DNA of 64,000 nt from Octopus bimaculoides. Taxonomy: Eukaryota. The DNA lies in the NCBI RefSeq assembly GCF_001194135.2, contig NC_068985.1, forward strand, positions 33,326,232-33,390,231. Direction: 5' to 3'. Below, one piece after another: positions 34,901 to 47,335 of the stretch; within the stretch, counting starts at the first letter, position 1, and each line of letters opens with the position of its first letter. The position numbers were made by a program, and so were the translations under genes. The notes under the pieces are model-generated. The model was not told the DNA's origin and ran no database searches. It worked only from the letters and a program-made list of their open reading frames with translations.

Positions 34901-37106
34901 ATTCCTCTTAAAAGGGATGTTTACATCCAAGTTTCCTCGATTTAATCCTGTATATCGATGAAATTTTCAGGAGTCCTGTTTTACGCAGTAGTGTTGGTGT
35001 TTATGATTAATTGGCACCAATATTAAACATTACGGAGTTCAGGTACTTTTTATAGGCGAAGGTAAAGAATACGCACACCCGGTGTTTAGGCTTTGTTTTT
35101 AAAAATATTAACACAAATACGCACGCATGATTATACGAATGTTGATATGTTTAGTCTGTTGAACACTCAATAGCCATTAGAGAGATTCCCCAGCGCCTCC
35201 AACTTTTCAAACCAAGGTGGTGAATTGTTTTGTTTTTTTCTTTTTTTATCTTTTTTTCAGTTGTGTTCTCCGTGTTGTCCAATTTTCTAATTTAATTTTG
35301 TAAAACGGTAATTTCTTTTTGTGTCAATTTTGCGCCTTGGAGAAATTTTTACCTTGCAATTTTCAAAATGCATACTGGACATGCAACCGATGTCACTTCA
35401 GCTCTGAGATCCTTAGTAGGACAGAACCTTGCTCTGAAGTCTAGATTCCTGTTGAAGATTTTGCCGCCACCCTCCAGGGTTTGTCCAAGCTGAAGCTCGT
35501 CAATCGGAATCCTAAGGTTGCTCGGACTTGTTTCGACTGTGTTCTCTAGAAACTGTTGAAGAGCGTCTGCCTATCCAACAGCACCTCGGATTGGCAGAAA
35601 GTTGTGGAGCGAAGTTGGTATAGGTTGTTTATGATGTGGCCAGAGTTGAAAGCTGATATAATTCAGAGCTAGCGGCGCAAAGTTTGTGCGAAAAACAAAG
35701 AGGCTGTTCCAGATGTTGCTGGTCTGCTGTCTTTCCGCTAACTCGTTATAACGCCCATTTAAATCTTCTTGGGCAGAGAACTGTTTTTGGTATTAATACG
35801 TGCCCAGCCCTGATCGTCTGGAGTTGCCATAGCACAACATGATAACAAAAAATAGCTTTCCTGATCCACTACATATCTATGGGTTCTAGGAAAGTGGCTA
35901 GCTACGAAGTGAAAAAAATCTACCTACATTTGTCCAAACATTAAGGGAGAAAAGACCATGATAATTTCCGAGACTTGTTCTTAAGACTAGATGATAAAGG
36001 AGTGGGGAGGGGGGTTGTAGAAGATTTTATCAATAAAGCTGCTATCCTGTACGGTCTTATTTCAATATGGGGCAGCCCTTTCGAATATTTCTTTAGGAAA
36101 AGAAAGGTATGTGATCCTATGGTTAATGTTTGGAATTAAGTTTTTAACAAATAATATAAAAGAAAAAATGATGGAAGAAATACTAGGAATGGAAGGAAAA
36201 AGAATAACGAAAAAGTAAATAGAGTACTTAAGAACAATTGTACATTTAGGGACAAAGGTGCATGTCCATTACAGAACTACTGTATGAGTCGTAATATAGA
36301 AGTATACAGTGAGTATGAGAGGAGGCGCATATGTGCATAAGATTTTTTTCAAAAATCAATATCACAACCACGTTGCCAGTTTTACTAGAATTCATGAGAC
36401 ATTCTACCTCACTAGTGGACCTAATATGGAGACTAAAAGAGAATGGAATAAAATAAAGAATGCACAGTCGTATGATACTTTATCTAGAAATTACCATCTG
36501 TGTTCGGAGAAATCCCTGTGTATTTTATAGAGTGAGGACACCTTAATCAGCAGATGCATGTGTGGACATGCGTGCGTCCGAGTATGTATATTTGTGAGTG
36601 CTTTATATACTTATCAGGGTATTCATTAATCTTGACTACGCTTTGGTAGAGGAAAATGATCTTTTCTGTTCAGCTGTCAGCATTAATTTCTGCTCAAATT
36701 GATTTCATATTCAGTGTAATGATACACTTTTATAGGCTAATGAATGAGATGAAAACCATTTTCACTATAAATCAATAAATAAAGAATTATTAGCAATTAA
36801 AATTTGAAAATTTTGGGTAATCTCAGTCAATCGCAAACCAAACACATTCATGCCTGTTTCCATTGTAACAAGCGGAACATGAGAACTTTTTTGTCTGTGA
36901 GAAAGCATGAGTTGATAAATATATTGAAACCACTTGTTTTACCTATCTGTTGACAATCGAGCATGTTGAGCAGGAAATATGAAAATTCTAATTTGTTCGA
37001 GAAATTGATTGAATGCATTTCTAACTTTCGTTTTCAATGAACTGGTCAGCAAAATGTTTGTTTTTTAAGAATATTTAATTTGTAATGTGCTATTTTGTTT
37101 TTAGAT

Positions 37107-37790
37107 TGTAGCGTACAACTTAAGTGAAACTCCTCTCTCTATATATACATAAATACGGACGGAGTAGATAACAGCTAGCTTTCGGCCGCCCTTTTGGACC
37201 CTGTTGTGTCCACTACTCTGATTGGTTGGTACTGGCGCAATTTGTCTCTTGCTCTATTGCGCGCCAAAATGCAACCCAACCAATCGCAGCCAGATATGGT
37301 CACGTGAGACAGTCTTTTCTAAACCTCCGGTGAGCTGACTGCATCGTATAAAACGCTAGCTTTACGCCATCTCGAAGTCTTTCGGTTCCAGACCTTATGA
37401 GGTCTAGCCACTGACCACAGAGCACACAGCCAGTTCCAGCGATGACACAACAGCAGCCACATGGAGACTCATCAACACCTCGTCCATGTAGCACTCGTTC
37501 TAACATCAATATCATCTCTACGTACACACCACCCAGCAACACTCGCACAGGTTCTATCTCGACACTGTTTGTGAATTACTTTACAATGGTTAATAGCAAA
37601 TACAACCTTCTGTAACAAGAGACCGGCTCTGTATTGTAGTCACAACTTCTCGTGCGACATTTACCTCAACCGGCTCTGCATTACATCCACAACTTCTTGA
37701 TACGGCATTTCAACTATCGTGTACCTTGACTACGAACTGGTATTTATCATCTTTGTGTTTGAACATTCCTCTAACGTCATATTATAGACT
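37107..37790 (+). mobile_element. Solo-LTR-like element, same family as 874-1454
   Basis: Starts TGTAGCGTAC; CCAAT boxes, CACGTG and gtataaaa in U3-like order; 3' boundary approximate. Confidence 0.6.
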
Positions 37791-38679
37791 CTTTCAATGC
37801 TCAGTACTTATCGCACACGCATACACCCATGTTTGTACACACACAGTTTGTATACATGACGGCCTGTCTATTATTATGTATATATGACGCACGCATATGT
37901 TAACATACAAATAAAATCTTCACTTAAACATTCTACTCCGATTGTGTCTCTCTTTTCCTTCTGGCACTTATACTCATTTATCTTTTTTCATATTTTATTT
38001 GTATCGACCGTGCGATGTACTAAAGGAGCCATTCTCGTCACCTCTCTTTCCGCACGGTCGTTTTACAAGATAGATATTTTAAGTCCGTGCTATCGCATTA
38101 AATGTATATCGAATGCTTAAAACTACAAAAGACGTGTTGTTTACTCGTTTTTTTTGCATGTGGAATACAAACATTGACGTGTTATTTTCAGGATGTTGAC
38201 GACAAAATGTGCAGTCACACACAAAATGACAGCTCCCAAATCCTGTTTCTTGACTGGGTGAAAATGATCAAATTCTAAACCTCTATAACTTTTTAAAAAC
38301 ATTTTTCTGGAAAAAGTGAAGTAACCCCAGCAATTCAACTTTGAAAAGTACATTAATGTGCCAAATTTTAAAATAAACTTTAATTTTTGAAATGTTGGCA
38401 GCCAAACAGAAAAGATCCGAGGAAAATTGTCAATCGTCAAATTCTTCACTAACTGAAATATAAAAAGTCGTTTTGAGCATTGTAATAGTCATCGTCGTCA
38501 CAGCATAATTTATTAGTTTCAGTCTATTTTATATTTGCCATAGGGAGAAGGAAATACAAATTAAAGGGGGAAGGAACTTTCTTCACCAGTAAGAAAATAA
38601 ATTTGAGCATTCGTCGTATTAACTTGAACAATAGTTATAGATAACTGTTACAATTGAGTTTTAAATAGTGGTGTAGATA

Positions 38680-39910
38680 GAAACCGGAAGTTCATATTCT
38701 GTCATCACTACTGTATTATGCACATGACGAAGAAATTTAACTATGTAAGAGTAGAATGGTCTTCTGTGCTAGATAAAAAAACTCTATTGTAAAAGTTATG
38801 AGTGTTTGACTTGCTTATAATGGTATATACAATCTCTTCTTGCTATCTGGAGTTGTAAAAGACGCTCAATCAACATAAGTATTGTTTCAAGTCAATCAGC
38901 ATTTCTCTAGAATTAAGAATATAGACGTTGAGAATAAGAATGAAGAATATAGACGAAGAGAATAAGATAATAGCCGCCATTTTGAAACATCAAAAGACAC
39001 CTTTTGTATATAAGGAAAGTTGTAGTTGTTTGCCCCAAGTCAGCCCTGATTGGGTAGTTATACGATTAAAGGCATTCCAGCTAGCTAGAGCAGTCTCTCT
39101 CCACCCCAGATGTAGTGCACTCTGTACTACACTATTCAATGGGTTCTTAGTTTAGATCGTAGAGTTTGCTTGAACGATGCCGGTCAAGTCTCCCTCATTG
39201 GCTCGTTTAAAACAATATTCGCTTGCAGTCTCAGCGCATAGTTTGAAATCATGTTCACGAATATATCAGATGCAACCATCGACAGTTTTTTATGGACATG
39301 GTGACTTGAATTTAGAGATCTTGGTAAACAAAATCTATACCCGATAATATGAAAGGATTATGACATTGGTGACAGAATACCTTTTTCAGAAATCCATACA
39401 CAGCAAAAACGATTATTAAATTCCATAAAAAGAAATAAATTGAAGGTCAATCTCTTTGCCACGTCGTCATACTCCTATTTCTTTAATAAATGTATAATTG
39501 CTTTGCTGACAATAATGAAATGTCTCTACTGGAAACTATATCAAACACCACGAAGTAAGGGAGGTAACTCTTCAATCATTCTGATAAATTCATAACGCCT
39601 ATCAGATTAATTCATTGTAGAGATTACATGTGTGAGACAATATTTTTCAAAATGAATTTTTTGGAGAAGATAACGGCCATTAATTGGCTAAAGGCTTCAA
39701 ATCGTGTTAGTATGCGAAAAAACAAAAATGATTTTGGCGACGTTATCTTCCGTTTTCGAAATGCGGATAATTTACAGCTAGTTATTGGCTGCTACAAGAG
39801 TAATGCACCTTGAATAATACAGCTACAATTGATTTATAACCTTCGCGCACAACTCAAAATTTTCCATTTCAAGATCCGATTCTAACAGAAACACCTCGCA
39901 AGTAAATACC
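38680..39910. promoter_or_regulatory. Candidate promoter region
   Basis: ETS CCGGAAGT 38684-91, YY1 GCCGCCATTTTG 38973-84, reverse CCAAT at 39683 and 39784, donor-like CAA|GTAAAT at 39902; sits at the CpG-rich/CpG-poor boundary. Confidence 0.35.
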
Positions 39911-39925
39911 TCATACATACATACA

Positions 39926-40770
39926 TGCCTGATGCACACAAGGGAAAAAGATGCAGGAAAAGCCGTAAAATGGGACAACTGATACAGACTTTGCGGAGTT
40001 CACACTGAAGATATCATGCACATCATAAGCAGTTGTCCGAAAATGTCATCACAGTATTATCTACTGATGAGACATGTTTTAGCTAGGACACTCTATAATG
40101 AAATCTGTTGGAAGGATAATCCCGAGGACAAAGAAATAAGAACCTACAATATGGTAGAAGCAATAGCCACTCATGATAAGAAGGAATACTGGTGGAATGT
40201 ACCAGTGAAGACCTCAATAAAAGGTAAGCACAACAAACCTGATATGATTTGGGATAGAGAAGACAAACTGTGCACAGTTGTGGAAATTAGCTGTCCAGCA
40301 GATGAGAACATAAAGCTGAAGATCAGTGAAAAAGGGAACACCTATGCTGAATTATTGAGAAATCTGCAGTTACTTTATCCAGATTACAAGTTCAAGTTTA
40401 TACCTGTAATTATTGGGACCCTAGGATATGTAATACACTGACCAATCTTGAGAAATTAGGCTTCTCAAACCAGAAAGAGAAAGCTAATTCGAAGACTACA
40501 GATCTAATCCATCACTGGAACTGTAAAAGTCTGTAAAACTTTCCAGAAGTTTATTATTTAAATATATATGAGCATGTCTAGATATGCAACTATATGCATG
40601 AGAATACACACATAAAACATACAAGCATACAAATCTGCACATACATACATACATACATACGAACAAAAATATCCTGTTGTTGATGTTGAAATTCCACTGA
40701 AGGAGCCTTGTATCTAGGTTAGAAACCAGTTCTTACTCTATTGGCAAGAAATCTTGAAATAAACTGTACA
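39926..40770 (+). mobile_element. 3' fragment of an RLE-type non-LTR retrotransposon (R4/NeSL-like)
   Basis: RLCG..TEDIMHIISSC...RH zinc knuckle; HNKPD, VEISCP.D.N, EK..TY..L restriction-like endonuclease; IPVIIGTLG. Confidence 0.85.
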
Positions 40771-40839
40771 ATGACATACATACATACATACCTACATGCA
40801 CGCATGCATACATACATGATATAGTTGCAAAAATCATTT

Positions 40840-41200
40840 ACAATGCTATCCACAGGATGGACTACTCTGACATATACATCGAAGGCTTGTCAGAACTAGC
40901 AGGTATTCACACCTTTAAAAACAAGGAACACTGATGGTACACCTCAATAAAAACATAACAGACCTGATATTGTTCTGTGGGACAGGGAACAAAAGTCATG
41001 CAGTGTTGTAGAGGTTGGCTACCCAGTGGATGTGAATGTACAATCAAAAGCTCAGGAAAATGAGAACGTTTATGGTGAATTAAGGTGGAATTTACAGCTG
41101 TTATACCCTGACTATGATTCTCCAAATCCAGTCTGTTAGTGGCACTGTGAAGATTTGTAAGACATTCCAAAAATTTTCCATGTGAGATTCCTATGTGAAT
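40840..41200 (+). mobile_element. Second, more degenerate RLE retrotransposon fragment
   Basis: HNRPDIVLWDREQKSCSVVEVGYPVDVNV...YGELRWNLQLLYPDY, paralogous to 40016..40441. Confidence 0.75.
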
Positions 41201-41429
41201 AGGTGCACACACACTTTGGTGTCTGCATTGACAGTTCAACCAACACAATCAACCACATATTTAGAAACACTGGGAACTCTCTTGACTCTAAAAGCCTTGT
41301 TGCTTTGTTAGTAACCAGTTTGAACTCTCTCAAGAAGAACTTAAATAAAACTCAAAGAAAAATCATACATACTGTGTGTGTGTGTACGTACATATGTATA
41401 TGCATGTATTTATGTAGATATATAAGTAC

Positions 41430-42250
41430 ATTCCTGAAATACTGGTGTTGATGTTTTCACTTTCATGCCCCACAACTTGAATACTTCAATTTTGAAGTCT
41501 TTGTGCTTTGACAGTTTCTCCATTTCTTTTTGTTTCCAATCCTTAATTCTTATGTCTGGGTGATTAGCTTTTAATTTCTTTGTCAGTTTGAATGGGCACA
41601 TCCCAGATGATTGTGGCCTGGTCATTGTCATGTACCTTGTTTAGCACATGTTTATACCATTTCTTGTCTGTTTTTATGTTGCTGTGTTGACATATTGTTC
41701 AGTGGATATAACTACTTACTTGGTCATGTCTGTATTTATATTCAGATTTGGCAAAGACTGGACAACCAGAAATGATGTGGTCAACTGTCTCATTGTGCTG
41801 GTTGCACATTCTGCATTTGGCATTAGGGCCTATTTTTAACTTATTATTTTTATAGCTGTTTGTGATCAGGCATTGATTATGTGCAGTGAGAATCACTCCT
41901 TCCCTTTTCCGCTTGTAGTCCAGAGCTTTTGAGCCGCTGTTGGGCTTTTATTTAGACTCAATTCTTCTCAGTCAAGCCTTGCAGGGTATTGGTCATGGAG
42001 TGACTTTTCTCTCCATTTCTTCTTTGGTATGTTTTATAGTTCTGTTAGTATGTTTTTTTAGTATGTTATAACTTTTGTTGTTTCTTTGTTTCCTTTATAG
42101 TTGTCAGGTACTATGACTTCTTTCTTGTATTTTTCGACTTCCTTAAAAACAGAAAACAGTTTTTTGTTTTGCTCATCTTTTGTGGCTATTTGTACCAGTT
42201 TTCCTTGTTTCTGAATTAGATATTTCTGAAATCCTATGGTGGTTATTTTA
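41430..42250 (-). mobile_element. Third RLE retrotransposon fragment (R4/Dong-like)
   Basis: ILTAHNQCL.T..Y, KCRMCNQHNETVDHIISGCP..AK.EY..RHDQV, ANHPDI..KD, K.SK.KD.KIEV.KLWGMK. Confidence 0.82.
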
Positions 42251-42489
42251 CCGTAGTTTATTATTATTACTATTGGCAGAATTGTTAGCGTGCCAGGCAA
42301 AATGTTTTGCAGCATTTCTTCTGGCTTTACTTTCTGAGTTCAAATTCCACCAAGGTCAATTTGCTTTCCATCTCTCCAGTGTCAATAAAATAAAGAACTA
42401 GTCTACTACTTGGACCAATAGTAATGACTTAATCTTCCCTTCATAACTGCAGGTGTTGTGCCTAAATCAGAAAGAACTGATCCTGTATG

Positions 42490-43260
42490 CTATAGATCTT
42501 TCTTCCAATTTGACCTGGGCACAATGTAGTGATGGATTGTTGGCTGTTGTAAGTGCACCACTATACATTTTAGGAGAAAAAAGACCTGAGATTTATGTAC
42601 TCCCTTCACAACACCAATCTTAACAAGTTGGTTAATAAATATAACTTAAGTATTATTGTCAACAATATTCTGCATTAGATGAACCATATTTGTAAACTCA
42701 TTGAAAAGGTTGAAGGCATCTTAGCATTACACAGTAAGACTTTGTCAGTTGTTTGCTAGATATCTATTATTTGAAGTTCTCTATGGCTATAGTACCTCCA
42801 CACTTACAGTTTGTATCACCAATCTAGAATACCCATCTTGTCTAGAATATTGATCTACTTGAAGCTCTGCAAACAAGTTCCCTCTATAAGTGACTTACCA
42901 TATCTTGAATGTCTTGCTTCCCTCGATGTTGACACACTAAAGCATCAACAGATAGAAATCCACAAGATTATTCACCATCTTTCAAATAAAAACTTTAGCC
43001 ATCTTTTTTATTCAATATTTCTTCCACTGGTAGGATGCTTATAAAATAAAATTTAAAAAAAAAAAAAAAACTCAGCACCTATAACTTTTCAAAACACTTT
43101 TACATCAGACAGAATTGTTGAAGCAATTCTGATGGTGAAAAGCATCAGTTGTTAACTGTCAAGATACTGTATCCTTCAAAAATTCCATGTCTGAAATTCA
43201 CTAACACTACTCCAGTACGTTATGCATCTTTTCCTCTTTATGGCTCTTTTACCTTTCACT
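42490..43260 (+). mobile_element. Highly decayed CR1-like LINE 3' portion
   Basis: DLLEALQ, DLPYLECL.SL..DTL, IHKII and RIVEA-like motifs. Confidence 0.5.
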
Positions 43261-43889
43261 TTCTGCCCTTATGTGTTCTGTCCTGCACACTATAAATTTT
43301 GGCTATCATTGCTGTCTTTTTTTACTTGACTTATTGCCACTTTCTGTCTTCTTTTTTAACTCTTTTCCAACAAATTGTTGTATGCCTGAGCATTGTATAC
43401 AATACTTTAATTATAATAACAGAGAGTATGTTATTAAGGATGGATTGACAATTTGAAGTATTTAGTTGTAATCTGCAAGAATTAGATAAAAGCAGCCTTG
43501 GGGAAACAACACTACAGATCTAACGAACTTTCATCAGTAGGGAAAAACAAATGCTGAATCAAGTTTTTGATGTGAAGATACATTAGTAGATTAAGTCTTT
43601 TCATTACACAGAAATATAATCCAATGCCTTTTGTATTCTTTTATCTTTTATCATGCTGGTATGTATTGAGTCGCTCTACAAATATGAAAGTTCATTAAAT
43701 GAAATATCACCAGGTGGATTTTTCATTTAGCAAACTTTTGTACTGCTGTAGAGAGCCACAGTTGCTGAGTTGTTAGTGGATATAAGCTGGCTGGTGTAAA
43801 AGTCTATATCTTCTCACTAGTGCTGCCTCCCAGCAAAGGTACTTAATTTTCAATTTTCAATATACTCAGCAGTCAATAGGTTGTATGAT

Positions 43890-44330
43890 AAAGGCATGTG
43901 GCCTAGTGGCTTGGGTGTTGCACTCATGATTGCTAGATTGTGGGTTCAATTCCCATACTAAGTGATACATTGTATTTTTTAGCAAAACACTTCATTTCAT
44001 GTTGTTCCAGTTCATCATCATTGTCGTTGTTTAATGTCTGCTTTCCATGCTAGCATGGGTTGGACGATTTGACTGAGGACTGGTGAAACCAGATGGCTAC
44101 ACCAGGCTCCAATCTGATTTGGCAGAGTTTCTACAGCTGGATGCCCTTCCTAACGCCAACCACTCAGCTGTAAATGGCTAACCCTGCAATGGAATAGCCT
44201 TACGATCAAGGGGAATGTTGGTCTGCTCACCTAGCCAACCAGGTGGCATCATTCAAAAGCTAAAATGATGCAAAGCACATTGTAACCAGCGATGTATAAT
44301 GGCATCCGATAGTCTGGTCAATCATGAAAT
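43890..44330 (+). mobile_element. tRNA-SINE interrupted by an inverted RTE tail (about 44020-44165)
   Basis: SINE head gtgggttcaattccc; ccagttca...ctcagctgtaaatg split by a (CAT)-tailed RTE 3' piece. Confidence 0.65.
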
Positions 44331-44689
44331 AAGTGTTATAAGGTAGTGTAAGTGAATGCTGTTGGCAGTGGAGGACACAGTGTAAATAAACAAGTGCTGT
44401 ATTAATTTGTTGTGATGAACTAAAAAATTCAGTTATAGACTAATATTTATATGTAAAGAAAAGATGTCTTTCAGCAATAATTCCATGAAAGCTGTAGTAA
44501 GTCTAAGAAAAGTATCTACATCACAGGATGTTTCTCACAGAAATGGATGATCTGCACAAGAATCTCTGGTGAAAGAATCTGCATCTCACCAATACTTCAT
44601 GTTCCTTATATCAGACATATATTGATGAGAACTAGATAAAGGAAATGCTTACTTTACCTGATATTTAAAGTTGGATAAATTTCTACAGA

Positions 44690-45015
44690 GAGGGTCATAG
44701 CCCAACTAATTAGGGAGAGAGTTAGTCTAGATGGGATGCAGTTTGGTTTTGTGTCAAGGAGAAGCACCACTGATGCTATATTTCTGGTAAGGCAGCTGCA
44801 GGAGAAATACATAACCAAAGATAAACCTCTGAACTTCGCTTTTATTGACATTGAAAAAGCCTTTGACAGGATTCCCCTATCCCTTATCTGGTGGTCAACG
44901 TAGAAACTAGGGATAGACCAGTGGCTGGTGAGAGCTGTACAAGCCATGTACAGGGATGCTGTCAGTAAGTTGAGGGTTGGCAACAAGTATAGTGCAGAAT
45001 TCAGGATACAAGTAG
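44690..45015 (+). mobile_element. RTE RT internal fragment
   Basis: LIRERVSLDGMQFGFVSRRSTTDAIFLVRQLQEKY; same family as 10925-12890. Confidence 0.85.
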
Positions 45016-47049
45016 AATAGTGTGTTTTGCTATGGGACACAAAGACAAACACTGTAACACTTGTTTCTTTGCAGTCAGCGAATAAATTCCCAACATTACA
45101 TTCATTGTGGCTAAGAGATACATGTTGACCAATCAGAGTAATATGTTCAGGGTATGGTACATATACAAATCAATGTAATTTCCATGTGTTTCACATTTTC
45201 TACTCAATTTATAAAACATTAAATAAAACACTTTAAAAGTATGAATTGATGATACAAAAAAAAAGTGCATAGAACTGAAGTTTTACTCTTAAATTTATGT
45301 TTATAAAGTGATTAATTTAATGTGTATACATGCACAGGTATGGCTGAGTGATTAAGAAGATTGTATTGGAACCATGTGGTTAAAAGGTTCAGCCCTACTG
45401 CATGAACAGTAACACTGTCAGCTATTGTTCTATTCTATAACCATGGGTTAACCAGTACCTTGTGAGTGAAATTAGTTGACAGAAACCTGTTGTACATGTA
45501 TATGTGTGTGTGCATGCATGTATGTGTGTGTGTGTGTGTGCATGCATGCATGTGTGTGTGTGCATGCTTTCATGTGTTTGTGTGATTGATTATTAAATAT
45601 ATAAAATTAGATATAAATTGTAAAGAAAAAATAGGTCTTAATTGTTGTATATAATTACATTTATTTTGAGTGTAGACATATATATTAAATACATTCCCCT
45701 AATTTTTATGCGTGTTTTGCTGACTGTAAACAAGTAACAGCTTTGCTATCAGTAGAACAGCTTTGCTATCATTTGCTTGCAGTCAACTGTGAAAGCATAT
45801 TTAGTGTTGTTGACATGCTTTGACGTATTGCATGATCCATGCAAACTAAAGGGCTCATTCAAAAGATGTTGCTTATTTCCAGTTCACCACATAACTATGT
45901 CTGGGCTGTTTGTTGTTTGATAAAGTAGGGGATCATTACTTTGCTTGGAAACAGGTGAAGGCTGGTGACAGGAAGGGCATCTAGCTGTAAAATATCTGCC
46001 TCGACAAATTCTGTCTGACCCATGCAGGCATGGAAAAGTAGGTATTAAGACAATAATGATGATGATAATGATGTCAATGACAACGGTGATGGTGATGATG
46101 ACGACGACAGTGACAGTGATTGCAAGGCTGATGAATCAAAAATCTTTACCAGGTTGTCACAGGTAGCCTTTTGTATAAGCAGAACTGAATTCAGCACATT
46201 TTCGAATATTATTGCTGCCTAAAAAAAAACTCAACCAGACCATGCTGTGATATGTGATATGTGGTGAACTGGGCCATTGGGAGCTAAATGTCTTTTTCAG
46301 TTATGAAGTCACTGCAGCAATAATGCTAGGATATGACCTGCTTACCATTCAGCTGCTTGTCTGGTACCATATCAATTTAGCTAAAGAAGATAAAAGTGCC
46401 AGTCAGTCAAATACTGGGATAGAGGAAACTGATTAACCCCTCTATCCCTCAAAACTACTGGCTTCATGCTTAAATCAGAAACCATATCAATTTAGCTAAA
46501 TTAGTGATCTAAGCTTTAATATAAATATAATTTAATGTCATTCAGACCTTATAGTATTTATCTAAGAAAATGATGTGGAGAAATTAATATTACTGGAAGA
46601 ATTATTGTAGCCATCTTAAAATGCACAGAATCTGTAAGAACACATTTTATGTATTTCATGAGGCATTGAAATTTTTGTCAAGCTGTGACTGACTCACTGG
46701 CACAGAGGAGCTGTGACCAGTGGAACTATGACTAGAGGAGCTGTGACCAGAGGAGTTGTGAGTAGCTTGTACGGGTGCAACAAAAATTTTGACACTTCAA
46801 AAAAAAAATAAATAAAGTGAATTTGATAATATAATGGTTTCAGTTTTTGGCACAAGGCCAGCAATATTGGAGAAGGGGATAAGTTGATTACATAAATCCC
46901 AGTGTTCAACTGGTAGCTATTTTATCAAGATGATAGAATTTAGACTCAGAATATAAAAGCAGATGAAATGCTGCTAAGCATTTTGCCTGCTATGCTAATG
47001 ATTCTGCCAGCTCACCATTTAGAAAAAGGTGAATTTAGTAATGAATTCA

Positions 47050-47335
47050 ATTCAGTTTGTTTGTTTTTCAAGCATTGGTGTGGGTGCTGGTGCCATATAA
47101 AATGAAGCATTGGTGATAGAGTCATGTAAAAAGCATTGGTGATGGTGCCATGTAAAAAACACCCAATACACTCTTTAAAGTGGTTGGCATTAGGAAGGGC
47201 ATCCAGCTGTAGACACCAAGCCAAAACAGATTATGAAACCTGGTGTGGCCCTTGGCCTTACCAGTTCCTGTCAAGCCATCCAACCCATACCAGCATGGAA
47301 AACATATCAAATGTTGGTGACAATGATGATGATTC
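47050..47335 (+). mobile_element. RTE 3' tail copy
   Basis: ggttggcattaggaagggcatccagctgtag...aacccataccagcatggaaa. Confidence 0.75.

Noticed and set aside
40690-40735. Hammerhead-like ctgaagga...gaaac; also ctgactgtggcc...ggccgaaac on - near 29935-29970
   Set aside because: Core deviates from CUGANGA and I could not build stems I and III; both lie in LINE 3' UTRs.
44590-44631. Minus-strand 42-nt candidate exon (SHQYMSDIRNMKY)
   Set aside because: Good splice sites but phase 2-2, incompatible with its neighbours in the proposed chain.
46700-46760. 15-bp minisatellite agaggagctgtgacc, about four copies
   Set aside because: Ordinary short minisatellite with no further structure.
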